Positions 52,255 through 62,973 of a DNA stretch of 64,000 nt are shown here, one piece after another. The DNA comes from Candidatus Spongiisociaceae bacterium (GTDB taxonomy: Bacteria > Actinomycetota > Acidimicrobiia > Spongiisociales > Spongiisociaceae). The notes under the pieces were generated by a model, which ran no database searches, was not told the origin of the DNA, and was given only the letters and a program-made list of their open reading frames with translations. The stretch covers positions 352,001-416,000 of the forward strand of contig OZ253564.1 in the NCBI GenBank assembly GCA_965262915.1, written 5' to 3'. The number at the start of each line of letters is the position of its first letter. Within the stretch, counting starts at the first letter, position 1. Both the position numbers and the translations under genes were made by a program.

Positions 52255-52774
52255 GGGAATCTCCCTTGGGCTCCCCGTGGTGCGGGCATCCGGCGGCGCG
52301 GGTACCTGAGGCTTCCGGTAATAGCCGACACCCACCGGGGTGGCGAGGTAGCAGCCTAAGGTTACGTCCATCCGACCCGATTTGCAAAGGTTGAGAGTCC
52401 ACCGGCCGCTCTCCCCGAGCAGGTTCTCCTCGTGCTTCCTGGCTCGGGTCGGCCGCCGACCGTCTTGCTTTCCGGCAGGGCGCGAAGAAAATCCTTGGAA
52501 CGCGATAACTCTTCCGGCACCCTCCCAAAGTGACTACTTCGACTGCCCGATAGCCATCTACCTGGGATTTTACCGGATGCCGGAGTATTCGAGAGGTCGG
52601 ATTCGAACTCTTCGCATCCACAGTGGGACGGTCCGCGGCTGCGTATCATTTGCCTAGGCGGACCGAGGGTCCCGCATGAGCCTGACAACCACTTCCCGCG
52701 TGACAGTGGGTGCCCACGCGGTTCCCTGCTTGCAAATGAACATATTCGCGCAACGGATGCAGCGATCCTCGCGG

Positions 52775-52806
52775 TTCTCCACAGTTGTGGATATTGCTGT
52801 GGAGAA
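52775..52806. promoter_or_regulatory. DnaA-box cluster upstream of dnaA
   Basis: TTCTCCACA 52775-52783, TGTGGATAT 52786-52794, TGTGGAGAA 52798-52806. Confidence 0.8.
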
Positions 52807-52844
52807 CTGATCGGGCATGGGCGCGTGGGAGGGGGTTCAAGAGA

Positions 52845-54206
52845 GTGGCAGAAGCACAGTTCGTCGCACCTAACGACCAGCTTGTAGCCGATCTTCGGTC
52901 GATAGTTCCCCCAACCAAGTGGAGTACGTGGTTCTCGTCGGTCCGCTTGGAGTTGACCGACAACGTGCTACGGGTCATCACCCCGTCCGAATTCCACATC
53001 CTGTGGCTACGTGATCACTACCAATCCCATATGGAGTCGATCGCCATCGATCACCTCGGCCCCGACGTCTCGGTCCAGTACGTGGTCGAACCTACCCCGA
53101 CTGAGGATCCCACACGTTTCGAGTGGCCGGCCCCGACCGATGCGCCGCCCCCCGTATCTCCCGATGCCCCACCGGAAGCGCGCTACGCGCCCCGGTTCCT
53201 GGGCAAATACGTCTTCGACAACTTCGTCGTCGGCCAGTCCAACCGGCTTGCCCTCGCCGCGGCCATGGCCGTATCGGAAAGACCAGGTCAGTACAATCCT
53301 CTCTTCATCTATGGAAGGGCCGGCCTCGGCAAGACCCACCTCCTGCACGCTATCGGGCACCACACCCGTCAAGCCAGGCCGGCAGCTTCCGTCCGGTACA
53401 TCACGTCCGAGAACTTCTTCAACGAATTCGTCGACTGTATCCGCCGCAAGCGCATGGATACCTTCAAACATCGCTACCGCACCATTGATCTCCTCCTCCT
53501 CGACGATATCCAGTTCTTCCGAGGCAAGGAGCAGATCCTCGAGGAGGTGTTCCATACCTTCAACACGCTCTACGAGTTGGGTAAGCAGATGGTGCTCTCG
53601 TGCGACCGCCTACCGAAGGACCTCGGCATCGAGGATCGCCTCCGGTCTCGCTTCCAATGGGGACTCATGGCCGATATCGGGCCGCCCGACGTCGAGACCC
53701 GCCTCGCGATCCTCCAGCGGATCGCCGAATACGCCCCCGCGCCCCTGCCGCACGAGGTTTTGGAGTTCATCGCCCGCCATGTGACGGACAACATCCGGGA
53801 ACTCGAGGGTGCCCTGACCAAGGTCACCGCATTCGCCGGGCTGACCAACCAGCCGATCACGCTCGAACTGGCCCAATCCCAACTCCGCGATCTCTTGCCC
53901 ACCACGCCCGGACGCCCCCCGACCGGGGAGGAGATCATGGCCGTGGCCGCCATGTCCTACGGATTCTCGGTAACGGAGCTACAAGGACCCAGTCGCCGCC
54001 AACCATTGGTCCTCGCCCGGCAGATCGCCATGTACCTCTGCCGCGATCTCACCGACCTCTCACTCCCCAAGATCGGCAAGATCTTCGGCGGGCGGGACCA
54101 CACCACGGTCATCCATGCCAATACAAAGATCACCCGGCTGCTGGTCTCCGATCCGGACATCGCCCGACAGGTATCACAGCTGTCGACAAAGCTGTGTTCA
54201 TCATGA
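52845..54206 (+). CDS. dnaA: Chromosomal replication initiator DnaA
   Basis: YNPLFIYGRAGLGKTHL, LLDDIQF, RELEGAL, GGRDHTTVIHA; GTG 52845 follows a GGAGG RBS. Confidence 0.98.
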   Translation: MAEAQFVAPNDQLVADLRSIVPPTKWSTWFSSVRLELTDNVLRVITPSEFHILWLRDHYQSHMESIAIDHLGPDVSVQYVVEPTPTEDPTRFEWPAPTDAPPPVSPDAPPEARYAPRFLGKYVFDNFVVGQSNRLALAAAMAVSERPGQYNPLFIYGRAGLGKTHLLHAIGHHTRQARPAASVRYITSENFFNEFVDCIRRKRMDTFKHRYRTIDLLLLDDIQFFRGKEQILEEVFHTFNTLYELGKQMVLSCDRLPKDLGIEDRLRSRFQWGLMADIGPPDVETRLAILQRIAEYAPAPLPHEVLEFIARHVTDNIRELEGALTKVTAFAGLTNQPITLELAQSQLRDLLPTTPGRPPTGEEIMAVAAMSYGFSVTELQGPSRRQPLVLARQIAMYLCRDLTDLSLPKIGKIFGGRDHTTVIHANTKITRLLVSDPDIARQVSQLSTKLCSS

Positions 54207-54399
54207 CCGTTATCCCCAACCGGCGGATCCCGACGACTCACCCCCTGGATAACCAGATCCGGTATCCACTGGACCAGCACACGTTCAAAACCCTATCTAA
54301 CAGGGGAAAGCTATTATTTATCCACATTCCACAGCCCCTACAACTACTACGAAGATGAAAAGAAAACAATCAGAAGTTGAGAAAGGAACCGGGTAAGCT
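54207..54399. other. oriC (dnaA-dnaN intergenic region)
   Basis: Degenerate DnaA boxes, perfect TTATCCACA at 54318-54326 plus TTCCACAG, short GC run, DnaA-trio-like CTACAACTACTACGA and an A-rich unwinding tract. Confidence 0.88.
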
Positions 54400-55485
54400 G
54401 TGCAAATCCGAGCTGATCGGGACGATCTGGCCGAGGCCTTCGGTCGTGCGAACCGGGGGGTAGGCGTCAAGTCCGCCCTGCCGATCCTCCAAGGGGTCCT
54501 CTGCCAAGCGACGGGCAACAAACTGCGGGTCACCGGGAGCGATACCGAGGTGACCGTACGGACCTCGGTAGAGGTCGAGGTGATGCAGGAGGGCACCTTC
54601 GTCGTGCCGGGTCGGCTCATGACCGACGCGATCCGCCGAATGCCGGAGGGGGTGGTGAGCATCCGGTCCGGTGACGGGGAGGTGGAACTGTCGGGGAACG
54701 GTCCCCGGTTCACCATCCGGCAGATGGCGATCGACGACTATCCGGACTTACCTGAACCTGACCTAGCGGGCGGGGTGGAGGTAGACGGGGATGCGCTGGT
54801 GGCCGCTATCGCTCAGGTGGTGGTGGCCGCCTCGAGCGATTCCGGCCGACCCATCCTGACGGGGGTGCTCATCGAGAAGGCCGAGGAAGGTCTGCGGCTG
54901 GTGGCTACGGACAGTTACCGGCTGGCGGTGCGGGACCTGGCCGATGTGCAGATCGACGGTTCCGGTCTCGTGCCGGCCCGGGGTCTGCGAGAGCTGAGCC
55001 GTACGGTTGCATCGACAGTGATAAGAGTGGCCATCAGGGACCGGGAGGCGGTGTTTGCGTCGGAGCGAGGTTCCCTGAGTATCCGGTTGATCGAAGGGAC
55101 CTTTCCGAATTACCGGCAGCTACTCCCGCAGCAGTATCCGAACGAGGTGCTAATGCGCAAGGACCGCTTGCTGGAGGCGCTGGGCCGGGCGTCGCTCGTC
55201 GCCGAGGATCACATCCCGATTCGGCTGAAGCTGACCGACGGTGGTGTGAACCTGGCGGTTAGCCGCCGGGATGTCGGCGGTGAGGCCGAGCTGATAGAGG
55301 GGGAGTACCGAGGTGAGGAGGACGAGGTCGACATCGCCTTCAACTGGCGCTACCTGAGCGACGGTGTGTCGGTGATGGCGGGCGACCGGGTGCGGATGGA
55401 GGTGGTGGACAGTTTCAAGCCGAGCATCCTGAGGGCCGACGGACGGGACGACTTCCTCTACCTGCTCATGCCGGTTCGGGTCTGA
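54400..55485 (+). CDS. dnaN: DNA polymerase III beta clamp
   Basis: LPILQGV, RPILTGV, VATDSYRLA, RLIEGTFPNY, YLLMPVR. Confidence 0.97.
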   Translation: MQIRADRDDLAEAFGRANRGVGVKSALPILQGVLCQATGNKLRVTGSDTEVTVRTSVEVEVMQEGTFVVPGRLMTDAIRRMPEGVVSIRSGDGEVELSGNGPRFTIRQMAIDDYPDLPEPDLAGGVEVDGDALVAAIAQVVVAASSDSGRPILTGVLIEKAEEGLRLVATDSYRLAVRDLADVQIDGSGLVPARGLRELSRTVASTVIRVAIRDREAVFASERGSLSIRLIEGTFPNYRQLLPQQYPNEVLMRKDRLLEALGRASLVAEDHIPIRLKLTDGGVNLAVSRRDVGGEAELIEGEYRGEEDEVDIAFNWRYLSDGVSVMAGDRVRMEVVDSFKPSILRADGRDDFLYLLMPVRV

Positions 55486-55615
55486 CGACGATGCCGGGAA
55501 GGACTCGCCACGAGTGCAGGATCGGTGCACGCGCCGGGGGCGTCGGCGGTAGTGATCTTGCGACGTGCTTCTCCGTATCCACCTGACCGGCCACTGATTC
55601 GGGGAGTGCGTCGCG

Positions 55616-56707
55616 GTGCGCATGGCGTGGTTGGAGTTGGTGGACTTTCGGAGCTACGAGCGGCTGCGGTGGGAACCGGATCGGGGGGTCAACGTCCTGG
55701 TGGGGAGGAACGCGGTGGGCAAGACGAATCTGCTGGAGGGTATCGGCTACCTGGCCTCGCTCCGGTCCTTCCGTAAGGTAGGGGACAAGGTTCTGATCCG
55801 GAACGGCGCGGAGCGGGCTGTCATAAGGGGAGAGGTGGTCGGGGACAACAGTTCCACCCTGATCGAGGTGGAGGTCCCGCGGGCGGGGCGACGGCGGGCA
55901 CAGGTCAACCGGAGCCGGCTGGGCCGGCTGGGCGACTTGCTCGGCAAGGTGCGGAGTGTCACCTTCCTGCCCGACGATCTGGACCTGATCAAGCGGGGAC
56001 CGGCCTACCGGCGCGATCTGCTGGACACGGTCGCCGTGCAGTTGTGGCCGGGGGCACATCGGGATCAGCGGGACTACGAGCGAGCGCTGAGGCAACGCAA
56101 CAACCTGCTCAAGCAGATGGGGCGTGCTACGGATCCGGTTTCCCTGGAGGTATGGGACGACAGGTTGGCCCAGGCCGGGGGGCGGGTGATGGCGAGGAGA
56201 GCCGCCACCATCCGGGCCGTCGAGCGTCGCACGGGTGCGGTCTACCGTGAGTTGTCGGGTGATCGGACCAAGGTGAGGATCGACTACCGATCGAGGTGGC
56301 GCGCCGAGACGGCCCTCGACTCGGCGGGTTGGGGGACGGCCTTGCGAGAGGCGCTGCGGATGGCCCGGCCGGCCGACTTGGAGCGCCGCCTGTCCACGGT
56401 AGGCCCGCACCGCGACGAAGTGGTCCTGCTGCTCGACGACCGGGACTCTCGGATCCGCGCCAGCCAGGGGGAACAGCGCACCCTCACGCTCGCGCTGCGG
56501 CTGGCGGCCCATCGGGCGGTGGAGGAAAGCATCGGGGATGTACCGCTCCTGCTGCTCGATGATGTGTTCTCGGAACTGGATCCGTACCGGGCGGCCGCAC
56601 TCGCGGGGGCGCTGCCCGTTGCCCAGACTTTCGTCACCACCGCCCGCCACGAGGAGGTTCCGCTCGGTGGTCGAAGCTGGAAGCTGGCCCACGGGGTGTG
56701 GCGGTGA
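55616..56707 (+). CDS. recF: DNA replication/repair protein RecF
   Basis: GRNAVGKTNLLE, GPHRDE, SQGEQR, LLLDDVFSELD. Confidence 0.96.
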   Translation: MRMAWLELVDFRSYERLRWEPDRGVNVLVGRNAVGKTNLLEGIGYLASLRSFRKVGDKVLIRNGAERAVIRGEVVGDNSSTLIEVEVPRAGRRRAQVNRSRLGRLGDLLGKVRSVTFLPDDLDLIKRGPAYRRDLLDTVAVQLWPGAHRDQRDYERALRQRNNLLKQMGRATDPVSLEVWDDRLAQAGGRVMARRAATIRAVERRTGAVYRELSGDRTKVRIDYRSRWRAETALDSAGWGTALREALRMARPADLERRLSTVGPHRDEVVLLLDDRDSRIRASQGEQRTLTLALRLAAHRAVEESIGDVPLLLLDDVFSELDPYRAAALAGALPVAQTFVTTARHEEVPLGGRSWKLAHGVWR

Positions 56708-57132
56708 CCGGCCGATGGTCCAGGGACCGGGTGGAGTGGGCCCTCGTGCACTTCGAGGAGGAGGAGGCGCGCGCGCTCCGGCTCATCTGGGAGGATGCGG
56801 AGCGACGGCGGGAAGAGGAGCGGACGGAGGGGATGGTGATCGTGCCGGACGCTGTCGGCACGATCATGTCGCGGCTGGGACTGCCGTCGATCGGGCTGCT
56901 CGAGGAGTTGACCCGCCGGTGGGAGGAGTTGGCCGGGCCGCAATGGGGTTCCCACGCAGCACCGATCGTGGTAAGACATGGCGAGTTGCTGGTGGAGGCC
57001 TCCGACCGTCGGATAGTGCGGCGTCTCCGTCACGACACGGCCCGACTGGTGGACCGGTTGGCCGAACACTTCGGTACCGGCTTCGTCAGGAAGGTGAGAG
57101 TGGTGAGCCCACCCGGACGGAGGGGCTGGTGA
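56704..57132 (+). CDS. DciA (DUF721) family protein
   Basis: RWEELAGPQWGSHAAP...GELLVEA; position between recF and gyrB. Confidence 0.75.
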   Translation: MTGRWSRDRVEWALVHFEEEEARALRLIWEDAERRREEERTEGMVIVPDAVGTIMSRLGLPSIGLLEELTRRWEELAGPQWGSHAAPIVVRHGELLVEASDRRIVRRLRHDTARLVDRLAEHFGTGFVRKVRVVSPPGRRGW

Positions 57133-57341
57133 CAGTCGATGAGTGATCCTATCGAATACCCTGGTCAGAGGGCATTTCCTGCTATCTGGAGACCGCTGGC
57201 CGAACCTTGGAATGGTCGCTCGTGTCAACTAGAATCGACGGTATCGGCGCAGGTCGCCCGACAGGGCTTTAAGCGGTCCTGCGCCCAGGGCCGGAACGGC
57301 CGACCGCCCCGGACACAGGGGATGACTATCGAGGGAAGAGC

Positions 57342-59252
57342 GTGACTGCGAAGCCGTCGTCGAGCTATGGCGCCAAGGACATCAAGGTCCTCCCGGGCCT
57401 GGAAGCCGTACAGCGGCGACCGGGGATGTACATCGGAACGACGGGTCCCCGCGGGCTCCATCATCTGGTGTGGGAGGTGGTGGACAACTCGGTGGATGAG
57501 GCCATGGCGGGGTTTGCCAGCCGCATGGATGTGGTTCTCCAGGCCGACGGCGGTTGCCGGGTGGCCGACAACGGGCGTGGCATCCCCGTGGCGCGACACG
57601 CGCTGACTCGCAAATCGGCTCTGACCACGGTTCTCACCACCCTGCATGCGGGCGGCAAGTTCGAGGAGGGCGCCTATACGGTGTCGGGCGGCCTGCACGG
57701 GGTGGGCGTATCGGTGGTCAACGCCCTGTCCTGTCGCCTGGAGGCGGAGGTGGTACGGGACGGGTTCCGCTGGTCGCAGGCCTTCATGAAAGGCAAGCCT
57801 GTGACGGCCGGTGTCCAGAAGGGCCGGGCCGCTCGCCGCACGGGGACCATCATCACCTTCTGGCCCGATCCCGACGTGTTCACCGATACGGTGCGCTTCG
57901 CCTACGGCACCGTGTCCCAGCGCCTCCGCGAGCTGGCCTTCCTGAATCGCGGTCTGGAGGTGCGGCTGACCGACGAGCGGGAGGGCGGCCGCTCCGACAC
58001 TTTCTGTTACGAGGGCGGCATCCGTGATTTCATCCTGCATCTCAACGGCCCCAGGGAGGCCCTCCACGGCCGGGTGATGTATCTGGACGACGTGGGGGAG
58101 GAGGCCGAACTGGAGGTGGCCATGCAATGGACCACTTCCTTCAACGAGAACGTGCTGAGCTTCGCCAACAACATCAACACGCACGAGGGCGGTACCCACG
58201 AGGAGGGCTTCCGGACCGCGCTGACCAAGGCCATAAACGACTTCGCCCGCTCCAAGAACCTCCTGAAGGAGAAGGACAGCAACCTCGGCGGGGAGGATGT
58301 CCGGGAGGGGCTGACCGCGGTGATCTCGATCAAGGCCCGCAATCCCCAGTTCGAAGGCCAGACCAAGACCAAGCTGGGGAACACCGAGATCCGCAGTTAC
58401 GTCCAGAAGTCCCTCAACCGGATGCTGCCGGAGTGGCTGGAGCGGCACTCGGCGGACGCCCGCAGGATCGTCGAGAAGGCCCGCCAGGCCCAGCACGCCC
58501 GCGAGGCGGCCCGCAACGTCCGGGACGTGATCCGCCGCAAGTCCCTGCTGGACTCCTCCCGGCTGCCCGGCAAGCTGGTGGATTGTTCCTTGCGGGACCC
58601 GGAACGGGCCGAGCTCTTCATTGTGGAGGGGGACTCGGCGGCGGGTCCGGCCAAGAACGGGAGAGACTCCAGCTTCCAGGCGGTCCTACCGATCCGGGGC
58701 AAGATCATCAACGTCGAGAAGGCTCGCCTCGCCAGGGCCTTGCAGAACAAGGAGATACAGGCCCTCATCACCGCTATCGGCACCGGGATCGGCGAGGACT
58801 TCGAGATCGCCAAGGCCCGGTACCACAAGGTGATCCTGCTCACCGACGCCGACGTGGACGGTGCCCATATCCGGACTCTGCTGCTCACCTTCTTCTTCCG
58901 ACACATGCAACCGCTGATAGAGGCGGGGTACATGTACATAGCGGTGCCGCCCCTCTACCGCGTCAAGATCGGGCGGCGGGTTCACTACCTGGCCGACGAC
59001 GCCGCACTGGAAGCCTTCAAGGCCGGCCACCCCAAGGCCCGACCCACCAGGTTCAAGGGACTGGGGGAGATGAATGACGAGGAGTTGGGCGAGACGGCCC
59101 TCGATCCCGAGAGCCGCACCCTGGTCCAGGTCGAGATGGTCGACGCCGCCCACGCCGATGAGATCTTCTCGACCCTCATGGGCGGGGATGTGGCGGCCCG
59201 GAAGAGTTTCATCCAGCAGAACGCGGGCGATGTGCGCTTCCTGGACATCTGA
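57342..59252 (+). CDS. gyrB: DNA gyrase subunit B
   Basis: RPGMYIG, EVVDNSVDE, GGLHGVG, VEGDSA, TDADVDG, RFKGLGEM. Confidence 0.97.
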   Translation: MTAKPSSSYGAKDIKVLPGLEAVQRRPGMYIGTTGPRGLHHLVWEVVDNSVDEAMAGFASRMDVVLQADGGCRVADNGRGIPVARHALTRKSALTTVLTTLHAGGKFEEGAYTVSGGLHGVGVSVVNALSCRLEAEVVRDGFRWSQAFMKGKPVTAGVQKGRAARRTGTIITFWPDPDVFTDTVRFAYGTVSQRLRELAFLNRGLEVRLTDEREGGRSDTFCYEGGIRDFILHLNGPREALHGRVMYLDDVGEEAELEVAMQWTTSFNENVLSFANNINTHEGGTHEEGFRTALTKAINDFARSKNLLKEKDSNLGGEDVREGLTAVISIKARNPQFEGQTKTKLGNTEIRSYVQKSLNRMLPEWLERHSADARRIVEKARQAQHAREAARNVRDVIRRKSLLDSSRLPGKLVDCSLRDPERAELFIVEGDSAAGPAKNGRDSSFQAVLPIRGKIINVEKARLARALQNKEIQALITAIGTGIGEDFEIAKARYHKVILLTDADVDGAHIRTLLLTFFFRHMQPLIEAGYMYIAVPPLYRVKIGRRVHYLADDAALEAFKAGHPKARPTRFKGLGEMNDEELGETALDPESRTLVQVEMVDAAHADEIFSTLMGGDVAARKSFIQQNAGDVRFLDI

Positions 59253-59261
59253 GCGGGGGGA

Positions 59262-61709
59262 GTGCCTGTGAGCGATCGCATAACCGAGAGCGGGTCTCCG
59301 CCCGGCCGCGTGGTCGATATCAACGAGGAGATGGCCCGCTCCTTCGTGGAATACGCCATGTCGGTAATCGTCTCCCGGGCGTTGCCGGACGTGCGGGACG
59401 GGCTCAAGCCTGTGCAGCGGCGGATCATCTACGCCATGGACGACATGGGCGTACGTCCGAGAGCTTCGCACCGCAAGTCGGCCACCGTGGTGGGTGAAGT
59501 GATCGGTAAGTACCACCCCCATTCCAACGACGCCATCTACGACGCCTTGGTGCGGATGGGCCAGTCGTTCTCCCTCCGGTACCCGCTGATCCATCCGCAG
59601 GGCAACTTCGGGACTAGCGACGACCCGCCCGCGGCTATGCGCTACACGGAGTGCCGGCTGGCGGAGTTGGCGGCGGTGCTCCTGGACGGGATAGACGAGG
59701 ACACGGTCGACTTCGCGGACAACTTCGACGGGTCGGAGTCCGAGCCCGTGGTCCTCCCGTCCCGGTTCCCCAACCTGCTGGTGAACGGATCCCAGGGGAT
59801 CGCGGTGGGTATGGCGACCAACATCCCGCCCCACAACCTGGACGAGATCGTCGAGGCCTGCCTCTACGGACTGGAGCATCCCGACGCCGGCCCCGAGGAC
59901 TACCTTTCCATCGTCAAGGGTCCCGACTTCCCGACCGGTGGGTACGTGGTGGGCACCAAGAAAGTCCGCCAAGCCCTGGTGTCGGGCCGGGGGTCCGTCA
60001 AGATGCGAGCGGTCACCGACATAGAGCAGACCCGCAAGGGCCGGACCGCCATCGTCGTGACCGAGCTGCCCTATCAGGTGGGCCAGGACCGGGTCATGGA
60101 GCGGATCGCCCACCTCGTACAGCAGAAGACACTGACCGACATCGCCGATCTGCGCAACGAGTCGTCGTCCCGAGTCGGGGTACGTCTGGTCATCGAGCTC
60201 AAGAAGCGAGCCGTCCCCAGGGTGGTGCTGAACCAGCTGTTCAAACACACCAAGCTTCAGGATACGTTCGGGGTCAATGCGGTGGCTCTGGTCGACGGGG
60301 TGCCCCGGACGCTGAGCGTGGCCGAGATGGTCCATTACTTCCTGGACCATCAGATGGAGGTCATCGAGCGCCGGACCCGCTACCGGCTCGACCGGGCCCT
60401 GGCCAGGGCCCACATCCTCGAGGGCCTGATCGTGGCGGTCGACAATATCGACGAGGTGATCGCCATCATCCGTCGGAGCCGGGACGCGGAACGGGCCAGG
60501 TTGGCTCTGATGGAGCGGTTCCCGCTGTCGGAGATCCAGGCCCGGGCCATTCTCGACATGCCGCTGCGCCGCCTCACCTCGCTCGAAACCGCCAAGCTCC
60601 GGGCCCAGCACGCCGCCCTCCAGGAGTTGATCGCCGACCTGAGGGGGATCCTGGCGGACCCGGCCCTCCGCCGGGAGATCATCGCCGCGGATCTGGCCGC
60701 CACCCGAAAGGCCCATGGGGACCCGCGCCGCACCCGGATCCTCCCGGCCGAGGCCGAGCTGTCCCTCGAGGACCTGATCGCCGACGACGAGTTGATCGTC
60801 ACGGTATCCGCCAAGGGCTATGTCAAATCGGTCAAGGCCGCCACCTACCGGTCGCAGGGTCGCGGCGGGAGGGGGGTGAAGGCGGCTGCCCTGCGGGATG
60901 ACGACTACCTGACCCATGTCATCCACACCACCGCTCTCGCCTACCTGCTGTTCTTCACCAACCGGGGCCGGGTGTACCGCGTTCGGGCGCACGAGATCCC
61001 CCGCAAGGCCCGCACCGCCAGGGGGGTGCTCGCCCAGGGGGTGTTGCCCCTCGAGCCGGAGGAACGCATCGAGGCGCTGGTGGACACCCGCGACTACGAG
61101 TCCTTCAAGTACATGGTCATCGTCACCAAGAGGGGAAAGGTCAAGCGGACCGCATTCCGGGAGTACGACAGCCGTAACACGAGGCTGGTGGCGATAAGCC
61201 TGACCACCGACGACGAGGTGGTGGCGGTTCGCTCAACCGACGGGAACAGCGACATCCTCCTCTTTACCCGTCAGGGGTTGGGAATCCGGTTTTCCGAGGA
61301 CGACATCCGGCCTATGGGCCGGTCGACGCGGGGCGTCAGGGGCATCAAACTCGATCAGGACGACGAGGTGGTGGGAGCAGGGGTTACCTTGGACGGTAAC
61401 GAGATGCTGTTGGTCACCTCGGGTGGCTACGGGAAGCGCACCAAGGTGGACGCTTTCAGGCCCCAGAAGAGAGACGGCAGGGGCTTGAAAGCCATCAACC
61501 TCTCGGCGGCGCGCGGGAAACTCGTCGGGGCCCACGCGGTAACGGAGGGGAGCGAGGTGTTCGTGGTCTCGTCGGAAGGGATCGCCATCAGAATGGAGAC
61601 GGACTCGATCAGCCGCCAGGGTAGGTACACCATCGGGGTCAAGGTGATGAACCTCCCGGAGGGTGCCCGGGTCAGCTCGTTCGCTCTCGTGCCGAAGGAC
61701 AAGCAGTGA
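59262..61709 (+). CDS. gyrA: DNA gyrase subunit A
   Basis: [23 protein letters not shown], GyrA-box-like QGRGGRG, C-terminal repeats. Confidence 0.97.
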   Translation: MPVSDRITESGSPPGRVVDINEEMARSFVEYAMSVIVSRALPDVRDGLKPVQRRIIYAMDDMGVRPRASHRKSATVVGEVIGKYHPHSNDAIYDALVRMGQSFSLRYPLIHPQGNFGTSDDPPAAMRYTECRLAELAAVLLDGIDEDTVDFADNFDGSESEPVVLPSRFPNLLVNGSQGIAVGMATNIPPHNLDEIVEACLYGLEHPDAGPEDYLSIVKGPDFPTGGYVVGTKKVRQALVSGRGSVKMRAVTDIEQTRKGRTAIVVTELPYQVGQDRVMERIAHLVQQKTLTDIADLRNESSSRVGVRLVIELKKRAVPRVVLNQLFKHTKLQDTFGVNAVALVDGVPRTLSVAEMVHYFLDHQMEVIERRTRYRLDRALARAHILEGLIVAVDNIDEVIAIIRRSRDAERARLALMERFPLSEIQARAILDMPLRRLTSLETAKLRAQHAALQELIADLRGILADPALRREIIAADLAATRKAHGDPRRTRILPAEAELSLEDLIADDELIVTVSAKGYVKSVKAATYRSQGRGGRGVKAAALRDDDYLTHVIHTTALAYLLFFTNRGRVYRVRAHEIPRKARTARGVLAQGVLPLEPEERIEALVDTRDYESFKYMVIVTKRGKVKRTAFREYDSRNTRLVAISLTTDDEVVAVRSTDGNSDILLFTRQGLGIRFSEDDIRPMGRSTRGVRGIKLDQDDEVVGAGVTLDGNEMLLVTSGGYGKRTKVDAFRPQKRDGRGLKAINLSAARGKLVGAHAVTEGSEVFVVSSEGIAIRMETDSISRQGRYTIGVKVMNLPEGARVSSFALVPKDKQ

Positions 61710-61746
61710 CGAGCCGGATGGTCATCGCCGGGCGGTCCGCCCCCGG

Positions 61747-62205
61747 ATGATCGGAGCGGTGGACTCATCCGGAGCAGGCCAGGCGACCACCAGGCGCCGA
61801 GTCCGGAGGATCCTGCGCAAGTTCGACCCGTGGACCGTTTTCAAGGTGGCCTCGGTGCTGTCCGCGCTGGCCGCCCTCGGGTTGGTGCTGCTGTCGGTGA
61901 TCGTCTGGGCGGTGATAAGCCGGCTCGGTCTTACCCCCGCCCTGGACTCCGCCGCCGAGCGGGTGGCGCTGATCGAGCCGGGTGCTTCCCTGTTCAAGAC
62001 AGGCGCCGAGTACCTGCGCGGCATGGTGCTGCTGGCGGGTAGCTGGATGATGGGCGCCACGTTGGCGGTCACCGTAGGGTCGGTCCTCTACAACCTGGGC
62101 GCCGAGCTGGTCGGGGGGATCGAGTTCACCGTGTACGAGGAGGTTCCGGTGGAGGCACCCGGTTCCGGTGAGGGCGGCGCAGCGGGATTCGGGAGCAGCT
62201 TCTGA
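61747..62205 (+). CDS. DUF3566 family membrane protein, copy 1
   Basis: RKFDPWTVFK...LYNLGAELVGGIE. Confidence 0.8.
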   Translation: MIGAVDSSGAGQATTRRRVRRILRKFDPWTVFKVASVLSALAALGLVLLSVIVWAVISRLGLTPALDSAAERVALIEPGASLFKTGAEYLRGMVLLAGSWMMGATLAVTVGSVLYNLGAELVGGIEFTVYEEVPVEAPGSGEGGAAGFGSSF

Positions 62206-62669
62206 TGGCCACCGTCCGGCGCGTCCGCCGGGTGATCCGCAAGTTCGATCCGTGGACGGTCTTCAAGCTCTCGCTCCTCCTCCATGTGGTGTTCGCGCTG
62301 GCCACCCTGATCGGGTTGGTCATCCTGTGGTCGTTGATGGTCAGGGTCGGTATCCCAGAGGCTCTGGACCGGTTCCTGGCCCTCATCAGCCTCATAGAAG
62401 ACGGCACCGTCTTCTTCAACAACGGCAGCAGGTTCATGCGGGTGGCGGTGTTCTTCTCGGTGGTGTTCGGCATCACGATGACCCTGCTCTCCACCCTGGC
62501 GGCGGTCTTCTACAACCTCACGTCGGACGTGGTCGGGGGTGTGGAGGTGGTGATGCTGGAGGAGACCCTCCGAGTACCGTCACCACCCGAACAGGCACCG
62601 GCCTACGCAGTGCCGACCGCGGTAGCCGTTCCCCAGGATCAGGCGGATCTGCCCACGATGCCCCACTAG
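62205..62669 (+). CDS. DUF3566 family membrane protein, copy 2
   Basis: RKFDPWTVFK...FYNLTSDVVGGVE. Confidence 0.85.
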   Translation: MATVRRVRRVIRKFDPWTVFKLSLLLHVVFALATLIGLVILWSLMVRVGIPEALDRFLALISLIEDGTVFFNNGSRFMRVAVFFSVVFGITMTLLSTLAAVFYNLTSDVVGGVEVVMLEETLRVPSPPEQAPAYAVPTAVAVPQDQADLPTMPH

Positions 62670-62723
62670 GTGTCAGGTGTCAGGTGTCAGGTGCCGGGTG
62701 TTAGGTGTTAGTGGTCAGTGGTC
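62668..62723 (+). repeat. Heptamer array starting in a stop codon
   Basis: (AGGTGTC)x3 AGGTGCC GGGTGTT AGGTGTT (AGTGGTC)x2. Confidence 0.9.
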
Positions 62724-62935
62724 AGCATCAAATAACAAATAATAGCGGCTAGAAGCATGTTAAGACCTTCACTGGCCACTAGCCCTGATTCCTCAGACAC
62801 ACGGGCCCGATGTTCCACTACCGGCCGGGGGAAGTCGACAGGTGCGCTCAGTCGCCGCTCACCATCCCTCAGGACCAAGCGGACCTCCCGACCCTTGCCC
62901 AGTAGCCGGTTGTCCGTAACGAGTGGTATTCGTTC

Positions 62936-62973
62936 CCTGGCACCTGGCACCTGGCACCTGACACCTGGCACCT
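62936..62973 (-). repeat. Heptamer array on the minus strand starting in a stop codon
   Basis: AGGTGCC AGGTGTC (AGGTGCC)x3 from TAG 62972-62974. Confidence 0.9.
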
